A DNA stretch of 64,000 bases from an uncultured delta proteobacterium (GTDB lineage: Bacteria; Desulfobacterota; Binatia; UBA9968): assembly GCA_963728565.1 (NCBI GenBank), contig CAVSLC010000013.1:1-64000 (forward strand). Reading direction: 5' to 3'. Positions within the stretch are counted from its first letter, which is position 1. The number at the start of each line of letters is the position of its first letter. Below the pieces are notes generated by a model, which made no database searches, was not told where the DNA came from, and was given only the letters and a program-made list of their open reading frames with translations. Of this stretch, positions 1 through 9,170 are shown in pieces. Position numbers and translations under genes: made by a program.

Positions 1-1200
1 ATCGGCGGCGCGGTCCACGGCACCGACCAGCGGCTCGCGGCGTACCTGCTGGCGGCCGCGATCGCGATCGGCGCGGCGGTGCTCGAGGCGCAGGCGCGGC
101 GCTGGTCCCGCAGATCCGCCGCCAGCTCCCCGAGCACTCGGTCTGGACCATGCCGATGCCCGTGGCGGCGGCGCTCTACGGGGGGCTGCTGGGACTGGGG
201 TTCACCACCTTCGTCCTCACCTTCGGAGTCTGGGCGGTGGCCGCGATCTCCTTCGCGGTCGGCGATCCGGCGATCGGCGCCGGGATCGGCCTCGCCTTCG
301 GCCTCGGCCGGGCGGTCCCGATCGTCGCCCTGGCTCCGTTCGCGGGCACCGCCGCCGCGCGCCGGGGTGACGGAGCTGATGGCCGACAGGCCCGGGCTGT
401 ACCGCGGTCTGCGGATCGGCGACGCGCTCGCGCTCGCGCTCGCGGCGGCGGCACTGGCCGGAAGCCAGAACGCCTTCGCCGTGCAGACCGCCGTCAAGCA
501 CGCGGCTGATCCGGGGTCAGGGCATGGCCTCGTGTTCCAGCGCGCCGACCGCACCGGCGTGCTCCGCCGAGGGGGCGAGACGACGATGCTCCCCGGCAAG
601 GACCCGGCGATCGGGGGGCCGTACATCGCCGTGCGGGCCGGCGGCGGTATCGACGTCCTCGACGGCGAGACGCTGGCGCCGCTCACCCACCTTCAGGCCG
701 AGGACGCGAACGCGGTTGCGATCAGCGGCCGCTGGGTTGCCGGCGGTCGCACCGGCGAAGGCGCCGCCAGATCCGGGCCCGCAAGATCGACGACCTGCTC
801 TCGCCGAACAAGGCGAAGACGATCGCGCGCGCCGGGGGCGGCGAGCGGTTCGGCCCGCCGAGCGTCGACGGCGCCAAGGTCGCCTTCGCCTCCGCCTCGC
901 GCTCGCGCAACGCGATCGTCCGCAGGGGGCTGCGCTCGGGCCGGGGCCACCCCGTCGTCTCCTCGCGGTTCGCCTCGCTGCACTCACCGACGATCGGCAC
1001 GACCACATGCTGTTCGTCAAGGTCACCCGCAAGCGCCAGTACCTCGTGCTCAAGCGCTTCGGCGGGGGAGCCCGCAGCTTGGCACCCCCCGGTCGCGGTC
1101 GAGCGGCACCCTGTGGTCGACCGCGCTCGACGCCGAGCGTGCCTACGTGACCCTGATCCAGGGCCGCAACTCCTTCCGCATCCTCCGCGCCAGCCGTTAG
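1..1200 (+). pseudogene. Frameshifted, 5'-partial membrane protein (hydrophobic N-terminal region, soluble C-terminal region), Actinobacteria-like
   Basis: A coherent protein is recovered only by switching frames: ...LAAYLLAAAIAIGAAVLEAQ / LVPQIRRQLPEHSVWTMPMPVAAALYGGLLGLGFTTFVL... / VTELMADRPGLYRG... / ...SGTLWSTALDAERAYVTLIQGRNSFRILRASR. Indels near ~95, ~360 and further downstream; may be sequencing error rather than decay. Confidence 0.5.
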
Positions 1201-1684
1201 TCGCCTCGATCGGGCAGCGGCCCGACGAACTCGACGCCGTAGTCCTTGCCGGCCTGTTTGATCACCGACCCCTCGACCGACTCGAGTGGCGGGAGGCCGC
1301 CCTCCCGCGACGCGAGGGTGATCGCGCGGTAGAACTCGCCGTGGCGGGGGGTCGTGAGGATGAGATAGCGCGCCTTGTCCGACTCGACCCGGAAGCCGTG
1401 CACGGCTCCCCCGGGGACGTGGGCAACGGAGCCTCCTGGAGCGAGTACCCCCGGCTGATCGCCGATGAACAGCGTCAGCTCACCCTCCAGGACGTAGAAG
1501 GACTCCATGTCGTCGGGGTGGCGGTGAAGTGGGACGCTCTCGCCGCGACCGGCCTGCTCGTCGACGAGGCAGAACGACCGTTGCGTTTGCTCCCCTGTGG
1601 CGAGGAAGCGGGTGGTGTGTTTCTCGAACCACCGCCAACCTCAGCCTCCCCGGGTCGGTAGACGTAGGCGCCGGCATCATTCAT
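1197..1684 (-). CDS. Cupin-domain protein (quercetin 2,3-dioxygenase-like), one frameshift near 1635
   Basis: MNDAGAYVYRPGEAE joins RWFEKHTTRFLATGEQT...PLHRHPDDMESFYVLEGELT...HVPGGAVHGFRV; cupin motifs HxH-x4-E and PxGxxH. Confidence 0.75.
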
Positions 1685-1745
1685 TGCGACCTCTCCTCGT
1701 TCCGAAGCTCGTGACGCGGACCCTAAGCCCTCCGCGGAGCCCTTC

Positions 1746-1860
1746 CTATCCCGGCGGGACGATCACCTCGGGGCCGGGCTCTGCCCCGATCGCGCGGTAC
1801 AGCGCGCTCGAGGGCTTGGCGATCAGCCACTCGCCGCCGCCGGCCTGAACCAGGTAGCCG
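1746..1860 (-). CDS. 3' end of a hypothetical protein truncated at the composition junction
   Basis: GC3-rich frame GYLVQAGGGEWLIAKPSSALYRAIGAEPGPEVIVPPG* that cannot be followed past ~1860. Confidence 0.45.
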
Positions 1861-1868
1861 TTTTTTGT
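1855..1868. other. Abrupt GC/codon-usage junction (contig concatenation or chimera)
   Basis: About 80% GC in line 1 versus about 52% in line 1861 (hand counts); genes on both sides are truncated; no IS or att signature seen. Confidence 0.8.
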
Positions 1869-2432
1869 GTGGGATTCGCGGTTTACCTACTGTCCAGAGT
1901 GCGCTTGCGGGATCTTTGCCTGGTCGGGCTTGGAATGTCATTGCCGTTCTTGCTGATCAACGGCATTGACGGGTTCGCCAGCATGCGCGCGTTGCTAAAA
2001 AGCGTAGGTATACAACACAGATACTCCGACTGGGAAGAAGTAGGCTTCAAAATGCTGAGTACCGGCATGACTTTTTCTGTTTTAGCTTCGGCGTGGATGT
2101 GGTTGAAGCGCCGAAATGATCCCAACACTCTTTTCTTTCTGGTTTCCTCCACTTACTTCGTTTACGTGGTTCTGATCCGTGACGCGTTTGCCGCGAGTTT
2201 TGTTATGATGCAATGCCTAATGTTTTCTTCGTTCTTGATGGCCGAACTCGCGCTGACTGCGCAGTCGCTGCGTAACCACCGGTGGCGTGCCGGCGCGTTG
2301 ATGCTTTCGTGCGCTATTTACGTAGTGATAACGTCAGCGATCACTTACCAACATCTCTATCGGGATACTGCCGCTGACCCTCGTCGAAACTCGGTCGAAG
2401 AGCGAAAAGATGTGTGGCACCAGAGGTTATGA
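1861..2432 (+). CDS. 5'-partial polytopic membrane protein (possibly GT-C-like)
   Basis: Several hydrophobic segments, no credible start or RBS, same strand as the downstream locus. Confidence 0.55.
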
Positions 2433-2501
2433 TCGAAGCGATGATTTACTCTGTTAAGTCCGAAGCTTTCTCTTTTATTTCCGTCTTGGTATTCGGCTAA
2501 T

Positions 2502-3263
2502 ATGCGTGTCGTGATCACCGGCGCCGCTGGCCGCATCGGCAGCCAGTTGGTTGAGGAACTGTCCCGCTCTCATGAGCTGTGCCTTATCGACATCCGTCCT
2601 ATAAGCGGTCGAAGATCCATAATCGGCGATTTATCCGTTCCTCCCGGAGGGTGGCGGAGTTGGCTCAAACCAAAATCCACTCATTGGAGCGAGGCGTTTA
2701 AGGGGGCTCAGGTGGTCGTCCATCTTGCCGCCGACATCGACCCCGCGGCTCCTTGGGCAAAAATCCTTCCGAACAATATCGAAGGAACCTGGAACGTTAT
2801 CCAGACTGCCGCCCGGTATGGGGTGCCTCGTGTTGTGTTCGCGAGCTCCAATTGGGCGGTTAAAGCCCTTGAACAAAAATTGGCGCCCGGCTGCTATCAA
2901 CCCGACGGGCCGAAGATCGGTTCTGACGCGCCTCCATTTCCAATGACGGCGTATGGTCTATCGAAGTCGTTTGGCGAGCTTGCCGGCAGGATGTGCGTCG
3001 ACGAAGAGAAATTGGAAACGTTCGTAGCAGTGCGCATAGGCAACTATGCACCCCATCCTTCCCAGGATGAGATTGTGCGGGTCCGTTGGATCGGTGTAGA
3101 CGATATCAGGAGCCTCTTCAGACGTTGCGTGGAGGCCGACATCAAAGGCTTCCACGTGGTTTACGGCGTATCGACGCAAACAACGGCGCCTTATGATCTC
3201 TCGCATACACGTCAGGCGCTCTCGTGGTCTCCGCGTCAGGTGCTCGCCAATCGTGAAACCTGA
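2502..3263 (+). CDS. NAD-dependent epimerase/dehydratase, uronate-dehydrogenase-like SDR (paralog 1)
   Basis: TGAAGRIG Rossmann motif, VVHLAA, FASSN, YGLSK catalytic YxxxK, VAVRIG. Confidence 0.85.
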   Translation: MRVVITGAAGRIGSQLVEELSRSHELCLIDIRPISGRRSIIGDLSVPPGGWRSWLKPKSTHWSEAFKGAQVVVHLAADIDPAAPWAKILPNNIEGTWNVIQTAARYGVPRVVFASSNWAVKALEQKLAPGCYQPDGPKIGSDAPPFPMTAYGLSKSFGELAGRMCVDEEKLETFVAVRIGNYAPHPSQDEIVRVRWIGVDDIRSLFRRCVEADIKGFHVVYGVSTQTTAPYDLSHTRQALSWSPRQVLANRET

Positions 3264-3287
3264 CTCGGGTTGTGAAGAATAAGCATT

Positions 3288-4052
3288 ATGCGCGTTGTTA
3301 TAACGGGAGCAGCCGGTCGAATCGGAATTCAGATGGTAGAGGAGCTCTCTGGAGTTTATGAGCTTTGTCTCATAGACCGTGTGCGCCTGCCTTGGCGAAA
3401 GTCGGTTGTTGCCGACCTTTCTCGGCGTTATGACGGTCCGTTGAAGCGCGCCTGGCGGCGCTTTGGACGCTCGGCCTGGATCGATTTGTTTCGCGGGGTT
3501 GATGTCGTGCTCCACTTGGCGGCAGATGTCCGCAACGATGCGCCATGGGATTCGGTATACGTTAATAACATAAGGGCTACATGGAACGTCCTTGAAGCTG
3601 CGGCGCGATATCAAGTGCCTCGCGTGATCTTCGCCAGTTCCAATTGGGCGGTCAGATCGCTTGAGCAATCATTGGCGCCGGCATGTTACCAGCCGGGCGG
3701 TCCCAAGATTAGCTCTGCCGATTCGCCGCAGCCTCTCGGCCCTTACGGTATCTCCAAAGCCCTTGGTGAACTTGCTGGACGAATGTTCGTGGATCAGGGG
3801 CAGTTACGTTCATTCGTGGCCGTAAGAATTGGCGCCTACGACCGCCAACCCAATAAGAGCGATGAGAGGCTCTGCGCTCTCTGGATCGGTGTTCAGGACC
3901 TCCGTGCTTTGCTGCGTCGCTGCGTCGAAACATCCTTGGAGGGATTTCATGTCGGATACGGTGTTTCGGGCCAGCCGACCGCGCCTTATGATTTATCCTA
4001 CACGTGTAATTTTCTCTCCTGGCAACCGCGCCAGAGCGCCCTGGATGAATGA
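3288..4052 (+). CDS. NAD-dependent epimerase/dehydratase, uronate-dehydrogenase-like SDR (paralog 2)
   Basis: TGAAGRIG, FASSNW, YGISK; tandem paralog of 2502-3263. Confidence 0.85.
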   Translation: MRVVITGAAGRIGIQMVEELSGVYELCLIDRVRLPWRKSVVADLSRRYDGPLKRAWRRFGRSAWIDLFRGVDVVLHLAADVRNDAPWDSVYVNNIRATWNVLEAAARYQVPRVIFASSNWAVRSLEQSLAPACYQPGGPKISSADSPQPLGPYGISKALGELAGRMFVDQGQLRSFVAVRIGAYDRQPNKSDERLCALWIGVQDLRALLRRCVETSLEGFHVGYGVSGQPTAPYDLSYTCNFLSWQPRQSALDE

Positions 4053-5401
4053 AGCTTGTAAAAACTGCTCTGTCCTTACTGAGTCGTTTCACGCTTCAAA
4101 AACAGTCGCAAAGATCTTTCTTTTCCGATCGCGGCATAAACCGGGAGGTATCTTCCCCCGCTGATCGGACTTTCCGTGAGGCTCGCAACAGTCTCGAGCG
4201 AATTCTTAAGCAAAATATTATTCCCTTCTGGTATCCGGGAATTATCGACACCAGCGACGGCGGCTACCGGCTGAATCATGATGCGGCAGGAACATGGAAA
4301 GGGCCGGCAACTAAATGTCTGGTCACGCAGGCCAGGACTCTTTGGTTTTTTTCGCGATTGGTTAATTCAATCTACAGCGTTCCTGATCATCTCGCCGCAG
4401 CTCGTCATGGTTATGAGTTTCTAAGAGTTAGAATGTGGGATCGCGAGTTCGGCGGATTTTACTGGGAAGTCGGTTCGTCGGGATACAGCGCCGTCAGGCC
4501 CGAAAAGCAGATTTATGGCCAGGCCTTCGCGCTCTATGCATTGACAGAGTACGCCATCGCGTCGGGCGATCCATCCGCGAAAGATGCAGCCAAAGAGCTT
4601 TTTGGATTGATCGAAACCAAAGCGCACGACAAGCGCTACGGCGGCTATCGAGACATCTTACGACGCGACTGGACGCCGCTGTCCGCGAGCCGGATGGCGA
4701 ACGGGCATGATCGAGTTCCGATCAAACGTATGAATACGCATCTCCATTTGCTGGAGTCGATAACGAGCTTTTATAGCTTCACTGAGGACGCGCTAGCGCG
4801 CGAGCGACTGATGGAGCTGATTCTCATCAATAGTAACTCCGTCGTGAGAAAGGATATTGCCGCCTGCACCGATCGATACCTGGAAAATTGGCAACCCCTT
4901 ACCGGGCCTGCCCACCAGCGGATTTCGTACGGACATGATCTCGAGAATATTTGGCTTTTGATGAAAGCCTGTCAAACCGCGGGGATTGCGGAAAATCTGT
5001 TGTTGGATCTTTACCGGAGCCTCTTTGAGTACGCGCTTCATTACGGGCTTGATCGAAAAAACGGCGGTTTCTATGATTCCGGTTTTTTTAATTCGCCGGC
5101 TGACCGGCGCGAAAAGATATGGTGGGTTCAGGCCGAGAGCCTGGTCGCTGCTCTTGAGATGTACAGGGTTACTCGAGAGCGGCTCTATTGGGATTGTTTC
5201 TCGCTTGTTCTCGACTGGATCGTGCAGCACCAGGTAGACTGGCAACACGACGAATGGCACGAGACGATCGATCGCAATGGAAGACCCTCAGGGATGAAAG
5301 CCGGACCCTGGAAAGGGCCATACCACAATGGTCGAGCTATGCTGCGGTGTTTGGAGTTGCTCGATTTGTGTCCCACCGTGGAAACGAGTCATTCAGAATG
5401 A
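4049..5401 (+). CDS. AGE-family epimerase/isomerase (cellobiose 2-epimerase / N-acylglucosamine 2-epimerase-like)
   Basis: QARTLWFFS, YGQAFALYAL, MNTHLHLLE, SYGHDLE, WWVQAE, WKGPYHNGR motifs. Confidence 0.9.
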   Translation: MKLVKTALSLLSRFTLQKQSQRSFFSDRGINREVSSPADRTFREARNSLERILKQNIIPFWYPGIIDTSDGGYRLNHDAAGTWKGPATKCLVTQARTLWFFSRLVNSIYSVPDHLAAARHGYEFLRVRMWDREFGGFYWEVGSSGYSAVRPEKQIYGQAFALYALTEYAIASGDPSAKDAAKELFGLIETKAHDKRYGGYRDILRRDWTPLSASRMANGHDRVPIKRMNTHLHLLESITSFYSFTEDALARERLMELILINSNSVVRKDIAACTDRYLENWQPLTGPAHQRISYGHDLENIWLLMKACQTAGIAENLLLDLYRSLFEYALHYGLDRKNGGFYDSGFFNSPADRREKIWWVQAESLVAALEMYRVTRERLYWDCFSLVLDWIVQHQVDWQHDEWHETIDRNGRPSGMKAGPWKGPYHNGRAMLRCLELLDLCPTVETSHSE

Positions 5402-6111
5402 AGCCGTCCTTGGTCAGTTGCATCGTTCCGGTTTTCAATGGCGAGAGATATTTGGGCGAGGCTCTTGAGAGTATTCTGGCGCAAACCTACCGGCCGATCG
5501 AGATTATCGTTGTCGATGACGGGTCGACCGACAATACGCCAGGGGTCGCGGCTGGTTACGAAGAACGAATTCGCTATGTAAGACAAGATAACGCCGGAGC
5601 GCCAAGCTCGCGTAATCTTGGGCTGAGCCTTTGCGGCGGCGAGTTTGTAGCTTTTCTCGATGCCGACGATCTCTGGCGCGCCGAGAAGTTGGAACGGCAA
5701 ATGCGGCGATTCGATGTGCGTCCGGAACTCGAACTATGTGTCACGTACTTGCAGAATTTTTGGATTGCGGAACTGAAGGGTGAAGAAAACCGGTTCAAAG
5801 GGCACCGGCTCTCCGAGCCGGTGCCTGGTTACGTCACACAGACTCTTTTGGCCCGAAGGTCTGCTTTCGACAGGGTCGGAATGTTTGACGAGTCTTTGCA
5901 GGTCGGCGATCCGACCGACTGGTTTCTACGCGCCGGAGAGCGGGGACTAGTAACTGAATTGCTTACCGATGTACTAGTTGATCGACGGATGCACGACCAT
6001 AACATGTCTATGCAGGCGGGCACTCGTCGTATGACCCCGCAAATGCAAGATTCGATATTGCATGTCGTTAAGGCGTCGCTCGATCGCCGCCGGCTTGATC
6101 ACAAGAACTGA
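5398..6111 (+). CDS. Glycosyltransferase family 2 (paralog family A)
   Basis: ATG 5398 overlaps the upstream TGA (ATGA); VSCIVPVFNGERYL, VDDGSTD, FLDADDLW. Confidence 0.9.
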   Translation: MKPSLVSCIVPVFNGERYLGEALESILAQTYRPIEIIVVDDGSTDNTPGVAAGYEERIRYVRQDNAGAPSSRNLGLSLCGGEFVAFLDADDLWRAEKLERQMRRFDVRPELELCVTYLQNFWIAELKGEENRFKGHRLSEPVPGYVTQTLLARRSAFDRVGMFDESLQVGDPTDWFLRAGERGLVTELLTDVLVDRRMHDHNMSMQAGTRRMTPQMQDSILHVVKASLDRRRLDHKN

Positions 6112-6120
6112 AAGACTTTA

Positions 6121-6688
6121 TTCTTCGATTCCGTTCAGCTATCTACAGATTCGATCTGAAATTTAGATCTCTAAAATCACGCACGAAGGGAGTCTTTATG
6201 TTGAATTTGCACCATTGTTTTCGGCCGCGGGAGGAGGAAGTCGCATCGAAAGTTATCGATGGCGAGGCCATCATCATCAATCTAGCCAACGGGGTTTATT
6301 ACAGTATGGATAAAGCGGGCGCCTTTATCTGGGATCTACTCCAGGCAGGGCACACTTTGGAAGAGGTAATCGCGGCCGTCACCGAGCATTACGACGTTTC
6401 CCGCCAGCAGGCAGAGTCGAATGTTCAAGAGCTGATCCAGGAGCTTGTTCAAGAGAATCTGGTAATTTCGTCAGAGAACGGCAAAGCCGCGCCGGCCCAG
6501 TCGACCGCCAATGGCGACAAATTGCCCTACGAGCTTCCCAAGCTCAACATCTATCGGGATATGGGAGACCTGCTGGCATTGGACCCGCCGGTTCCGGGTC
6601 TCGGCGATACGCCTTGGAAGGATCCGAATGATTCTTCCAAGTGAGCAGATCGCCAGCTCGATGCCCATGAACTCGCCATTGGTAAGTT
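6121..6688 (+). repeat. Repeat copy 1: upstream region + PqqD/RRE gene + GT2 5' end
   Basis: Near-identical to 14147-14715 including 77 nt upstream and MPMNSPLVS; the CDS part also matches 11638-12088. Confidence 0.95.
6198..6644 (+). CDS. PqqD/RRE-family protein with C-terminal lasso-leader-like extension (copy 1)
   Basis: Residues ~1-90 are PqqD-like (VIDGEAIIINLANGVYYSMDKAGAFIWDLL...HYDVSRQQAESNVQELIQELVQENLV); tail YELPKLNIYRDMGDLLALDPPVPGLGDTPWKDPNDSSK; RBS GGGAG. Confidence 0.85.
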   Translation: MLNLHHCFRPREEEVASKVIDGEAIIINLANGVYYSMDKAGAFIWDLLQAGHTLEEVIAAVTEHYDVSRQQAESNVQELIQELVQENLVISSENGKAAPAQSTANGDKLPYELPKLNIYRDMGDLLALDPPVPGLGDTPWKDPNDSSK

Positions 6689-6720
6689 ACATCGTTGGTG
6701 TTTCTCGCCGCCGTCAGAAT
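6661..6720 (+). pseudogene. GT2 5' stub
   Basis: MPMNSPLVSYIVGV matches the start of GT2 14688 (MPMNSPLVSCVVPV), then homology stops. Confidence 0.7.
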
Positions 6721-6762
6721 CCAACGGACCTGCTGCCTTGAAGTTATAAACTATGCCCTGGT

Positions 6763-7803
6763 GTGAAAAAAAAGAACAGGCAACCTTTGCAGGACATACG
6801 GACGCCGCAGGACAACGCCATGGATCTTAAATACGACGTGGAGGCGGATTGGATTCTGTTGACGACCTGCAATTTCCGTTGTGCCTACTGCTTTGTTCCG
6901 CTTCCTGAGTTGGCCACCAAGTTAACCACCCATGGCACGAATGCTCAGTGGGCGGAAGGATTCGCGGCAACCGAAAAGACCTGGCTACTGCACATAAGCG
7001 GAGGCGAACCTTCCATTTATCCGGGCTTCGTTGATCTGTGCGAAAAACTCAGTCGGCGTCATTACTTGTCAATTAATTCCAACCTGTCGCACCGCTGCAT
7101 AGAAACCTTCGGGGAGTCAATCGATCCGGAACGAGTCCATTTTATCAATGCCGCCGTGCACTATGACGAGAGGCCAAAGCAGAGATCGCTTGCGGCTTTC
7201 ATAACTCGTGTGCAGAAGCTCCATATGCACCGATTTCATGTGTTTGTCTCCTTGGTGATGACTCCTCTCATGGTGAGGAACTTTCCTGAAATATCGAGGT
7301 ACTTCGAGTCCCATGGATTATCTCTCATTCCTAAAGTTATGCGCGACCGATTCCAAGGGAAGATCTACCCGGGTGCGTACTCTGGTGAGGAGAAGTCCCT
7401 CCTGCGTGAATATTTAACAAAGGCAAGGGAGAACTATGCTGCAGTCAAAGCTGTGATGGGTGAAACAGCGACGATCAACATGTTGGATGACGACCGCTTC
7501 CTGGATAGTCCTCGGATTTACCGCGGTAAGCTCTGTGGTTCGGGACACAACTTTGTCCGCATCGAACCGGATGGAGCGGTGGTCCGTTGTGGGTCGGCGA
7601 TGCAACTTGGCAATATCCTTCTAAGGAATGTCGCGCTTCTTAGCGCGCCCAAACCCTGCGACAGTTTTTACTGTCCGTACTTCTGTGAGAAATACACGTC
7701 GCCGCCATTCGTGCCGGCGCAAGCAACGAAGAGAGATCTTGGTGATTTTTTCCTGTCATTGAAGGCGTGGCGAGATTCGCAACGGCAACAGCCGGAGAGA
7801 TAA
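6763..7803 (+). CDS. Radical SAM protein with C-terminal Cys-rich (Twitch/SPASM-like) domain; start may be ATG 6820
   Basis: CNFRCAYC (CxxxCxxC), SGGEP, LCGSGHNFVRIEPDGAVVRC...PCDSFYCPYFC. Confidence 0.85.
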   Translation: MKKKNRQPLQDIRTPQDNAMDLKYDVEADWILLTTCNFRCAYCFVPLPELATKLTTHGTNAQWAEGFAATEKTWLLHISGGEPSIYPGFVDLCEKLSRRHYLSINSNLSHRCIETFGESIDPERVHFINAAVHYDERPKQRSLAAFITRVQKLHMHRFHVFVSLVMTPLMVRNFPEISRYFESHGLSLIPKVMRDRFQGKIYPGAYSGEEKSLLREYLTKARENYAAVKAVMGETATINMLDDDRFLDSPRIYRGKLCGSGHNFVRIEPDGAVVRCGSAMQLGNILLRNVALLSAPKPCDSFYCPYFCEKYTSPPFVPAQATKRDLGDFFLSLKAWRDSQRQQPER

Positions 7804-7932
7804 GGAACTAAGCGCTCTGAGGGGCAGAGAGCGTAACGCAGTGCGTGCCGGCTTGCGTCCACTCAACAAGATCGCCCAGCGCTTTAAGTTCGATGCCTGC
7901 GGATAGAAGCATTGACGACGGAGAACTACTTC

Positions 7933-8637
7933 ATGGGATCATCTTTGATCAGCTGCATCGTGCCAGTTTACAACGGCGAAAAGTATTTGCCCGAGACGCT
8001 GGATAGTATTCTGGCGCAGACGTACCGGCCTTTGGAGATACTCGTGGCCGACGATGGCTCGACGGACGGGACCGCCTCGGTCGTGGCGAGTTATGGCGAT
8101 CAGGTTCGACACTTGTTTCAGCCTAATGCCGGAACGGCGGCGGCATGCAACTTGGGGCTTAGGAACGCGCAGGGTGTCTTCATGGCTTTTTTGGGGGCAG
8201 ACGATCTGTGGCATCCCGACAAGTTGGAGCTGCAGATGACTCGTTTTCAGGCCTGCCCTCAAGTCGACGTGAGCGTCACACACGTGCAGAATTTTTGGAT
8301 CCCGGAGCTCCATGAAGAAGCCGAGCGCTTTCGGAATCATCGCATCTCGAAACCCCTGCCTGGTTATGTGCCACAGACTCTCTTGGCACGCCGCGCTCTG
8401 TTCGATAAAGTGGGCCACTTTAACAGCGCGTTGCGGCATGCAGATTCGACGGATTGGTTTCTCCGCGTCATCGAACACGGAGCTGTCATCGACATACTGC
8501 CGGACGCGTTGGTCTATCGCCGAATCCACCAGAGCAACCTCAGTCGGCGCATGGCTTCTGCCAGTCGACAGGAATACGTGGAACTCGTAAAAGCAACATT
8601 GGACCGTCGAAGGCGTCACATGGCGGCCCAGTCTTGA
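7933..8637 (+). CDS. Glycosyltransferase family 2 (paralog family A)
   Basis: ISCIVPVYNGEKYL, ADDGSTD, FLGADDLW, QNFWIPEL. Confidence 0.9.
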   Translation: MGSSLISCIVPVYNGEKYLPETLDSILAQTYRPLEILVADDGSTDGTASVVASYGDQVRHLFQPNAGTAAACNLGLRNAQGVFMAFLGADDLWHPDKLELQMTRFQACPQVDVSVTHVQNFWIPELHEEAERFRNHRISKPLPGYVPQTLLARRALFDKVGHFNSALRHADSTDWFLRVIEHGAVIDILPDALVYRRIHQSNLSRRMASASRQEYVELVKATLDRRRRHMAAQS

Positions 8638-8689
8638 ATCGTCTCTGTCTGTTCAAAAAGAGAATTAGTCGGCAAACAAGAAGTCTCGC

Positions 8690-9160
8690 ATGCCCATAAA
8701 CGCCGACGTCCAGTTAGGCGAGAAAGTCGCGATTTCTCATCCTGACCTGGTTAATCTATACGGCTGCCGCATCGGGGATGAAACCAAGATCGGGCCGTTC
8801 GTTGAAATCCAGAAGAACGTTGTTATTGGGAGTCGATGCAAGATCTCGTCCCATTCTTTTATCTGTGAAGGTGTGACGATTGAGGACGAGGTTTTTATTG
8901 GTCATGGAGTGATTTTCATCAACGATCGCTATCCCCGGGCTACTACGGATGGGCAATTACAGACTGAAGCAGATTGGGACCTCAAACCCACACGGGTCAT
9001 GCAGGGTGCGAGTATTGGGAGCGGGGCATTGATAATGTGCAACGTGACAATCGGAAAAAATGCATTGATCGCTGCCGGTGCGGTGGTGACGCGCGATGTT
9101 CCCGACCAATCGGTTGTCGCAGGCATACCTGCGAGAGTAGCGGGAGATTCGCGTAGATGA
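8690..9160 (+). CDS. Hexapeptide-repeat N-acetyltransferase (WbpD/FdtC-like)
   Basis: NLYGCRIGDETKIGPFVEIQKN, FINDRYPR, left-handed beta-helix repeats, VVAGIPAR. Confidence 0.9.
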   Translation: MPINADVQLGEKVAISHPDLVNLYGCRIGDETKIGPFVEIQKNVVIGSRCKISSHSFICEGVTIEDEVFIGHGVIFINDRYPRATTDGQLQTEADWDLKPTRVMQGASIGSGALIMCNVTIGKNALIAAGAVVTRDVPDQSVVAGIPARVAGDSRR

Positions 9161-9170
9161 AAGCGAAACC

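Noticed and set aside
6146-6170. Short palindromes upstream of RRE copies 1 and 3 (CAGAT-TCG-ATCTG; GATCTGAA-A-TTTAGATC)
   Set aside because: Too short to call an operator; they occur twice only because the region is duplicated.
6528-6644. Canonical lasso peptide precursor
   Set aside because: Lacks the leader Gly and Thr(-2), and no B2 peptidase is in the window; kept only as lasso-like.
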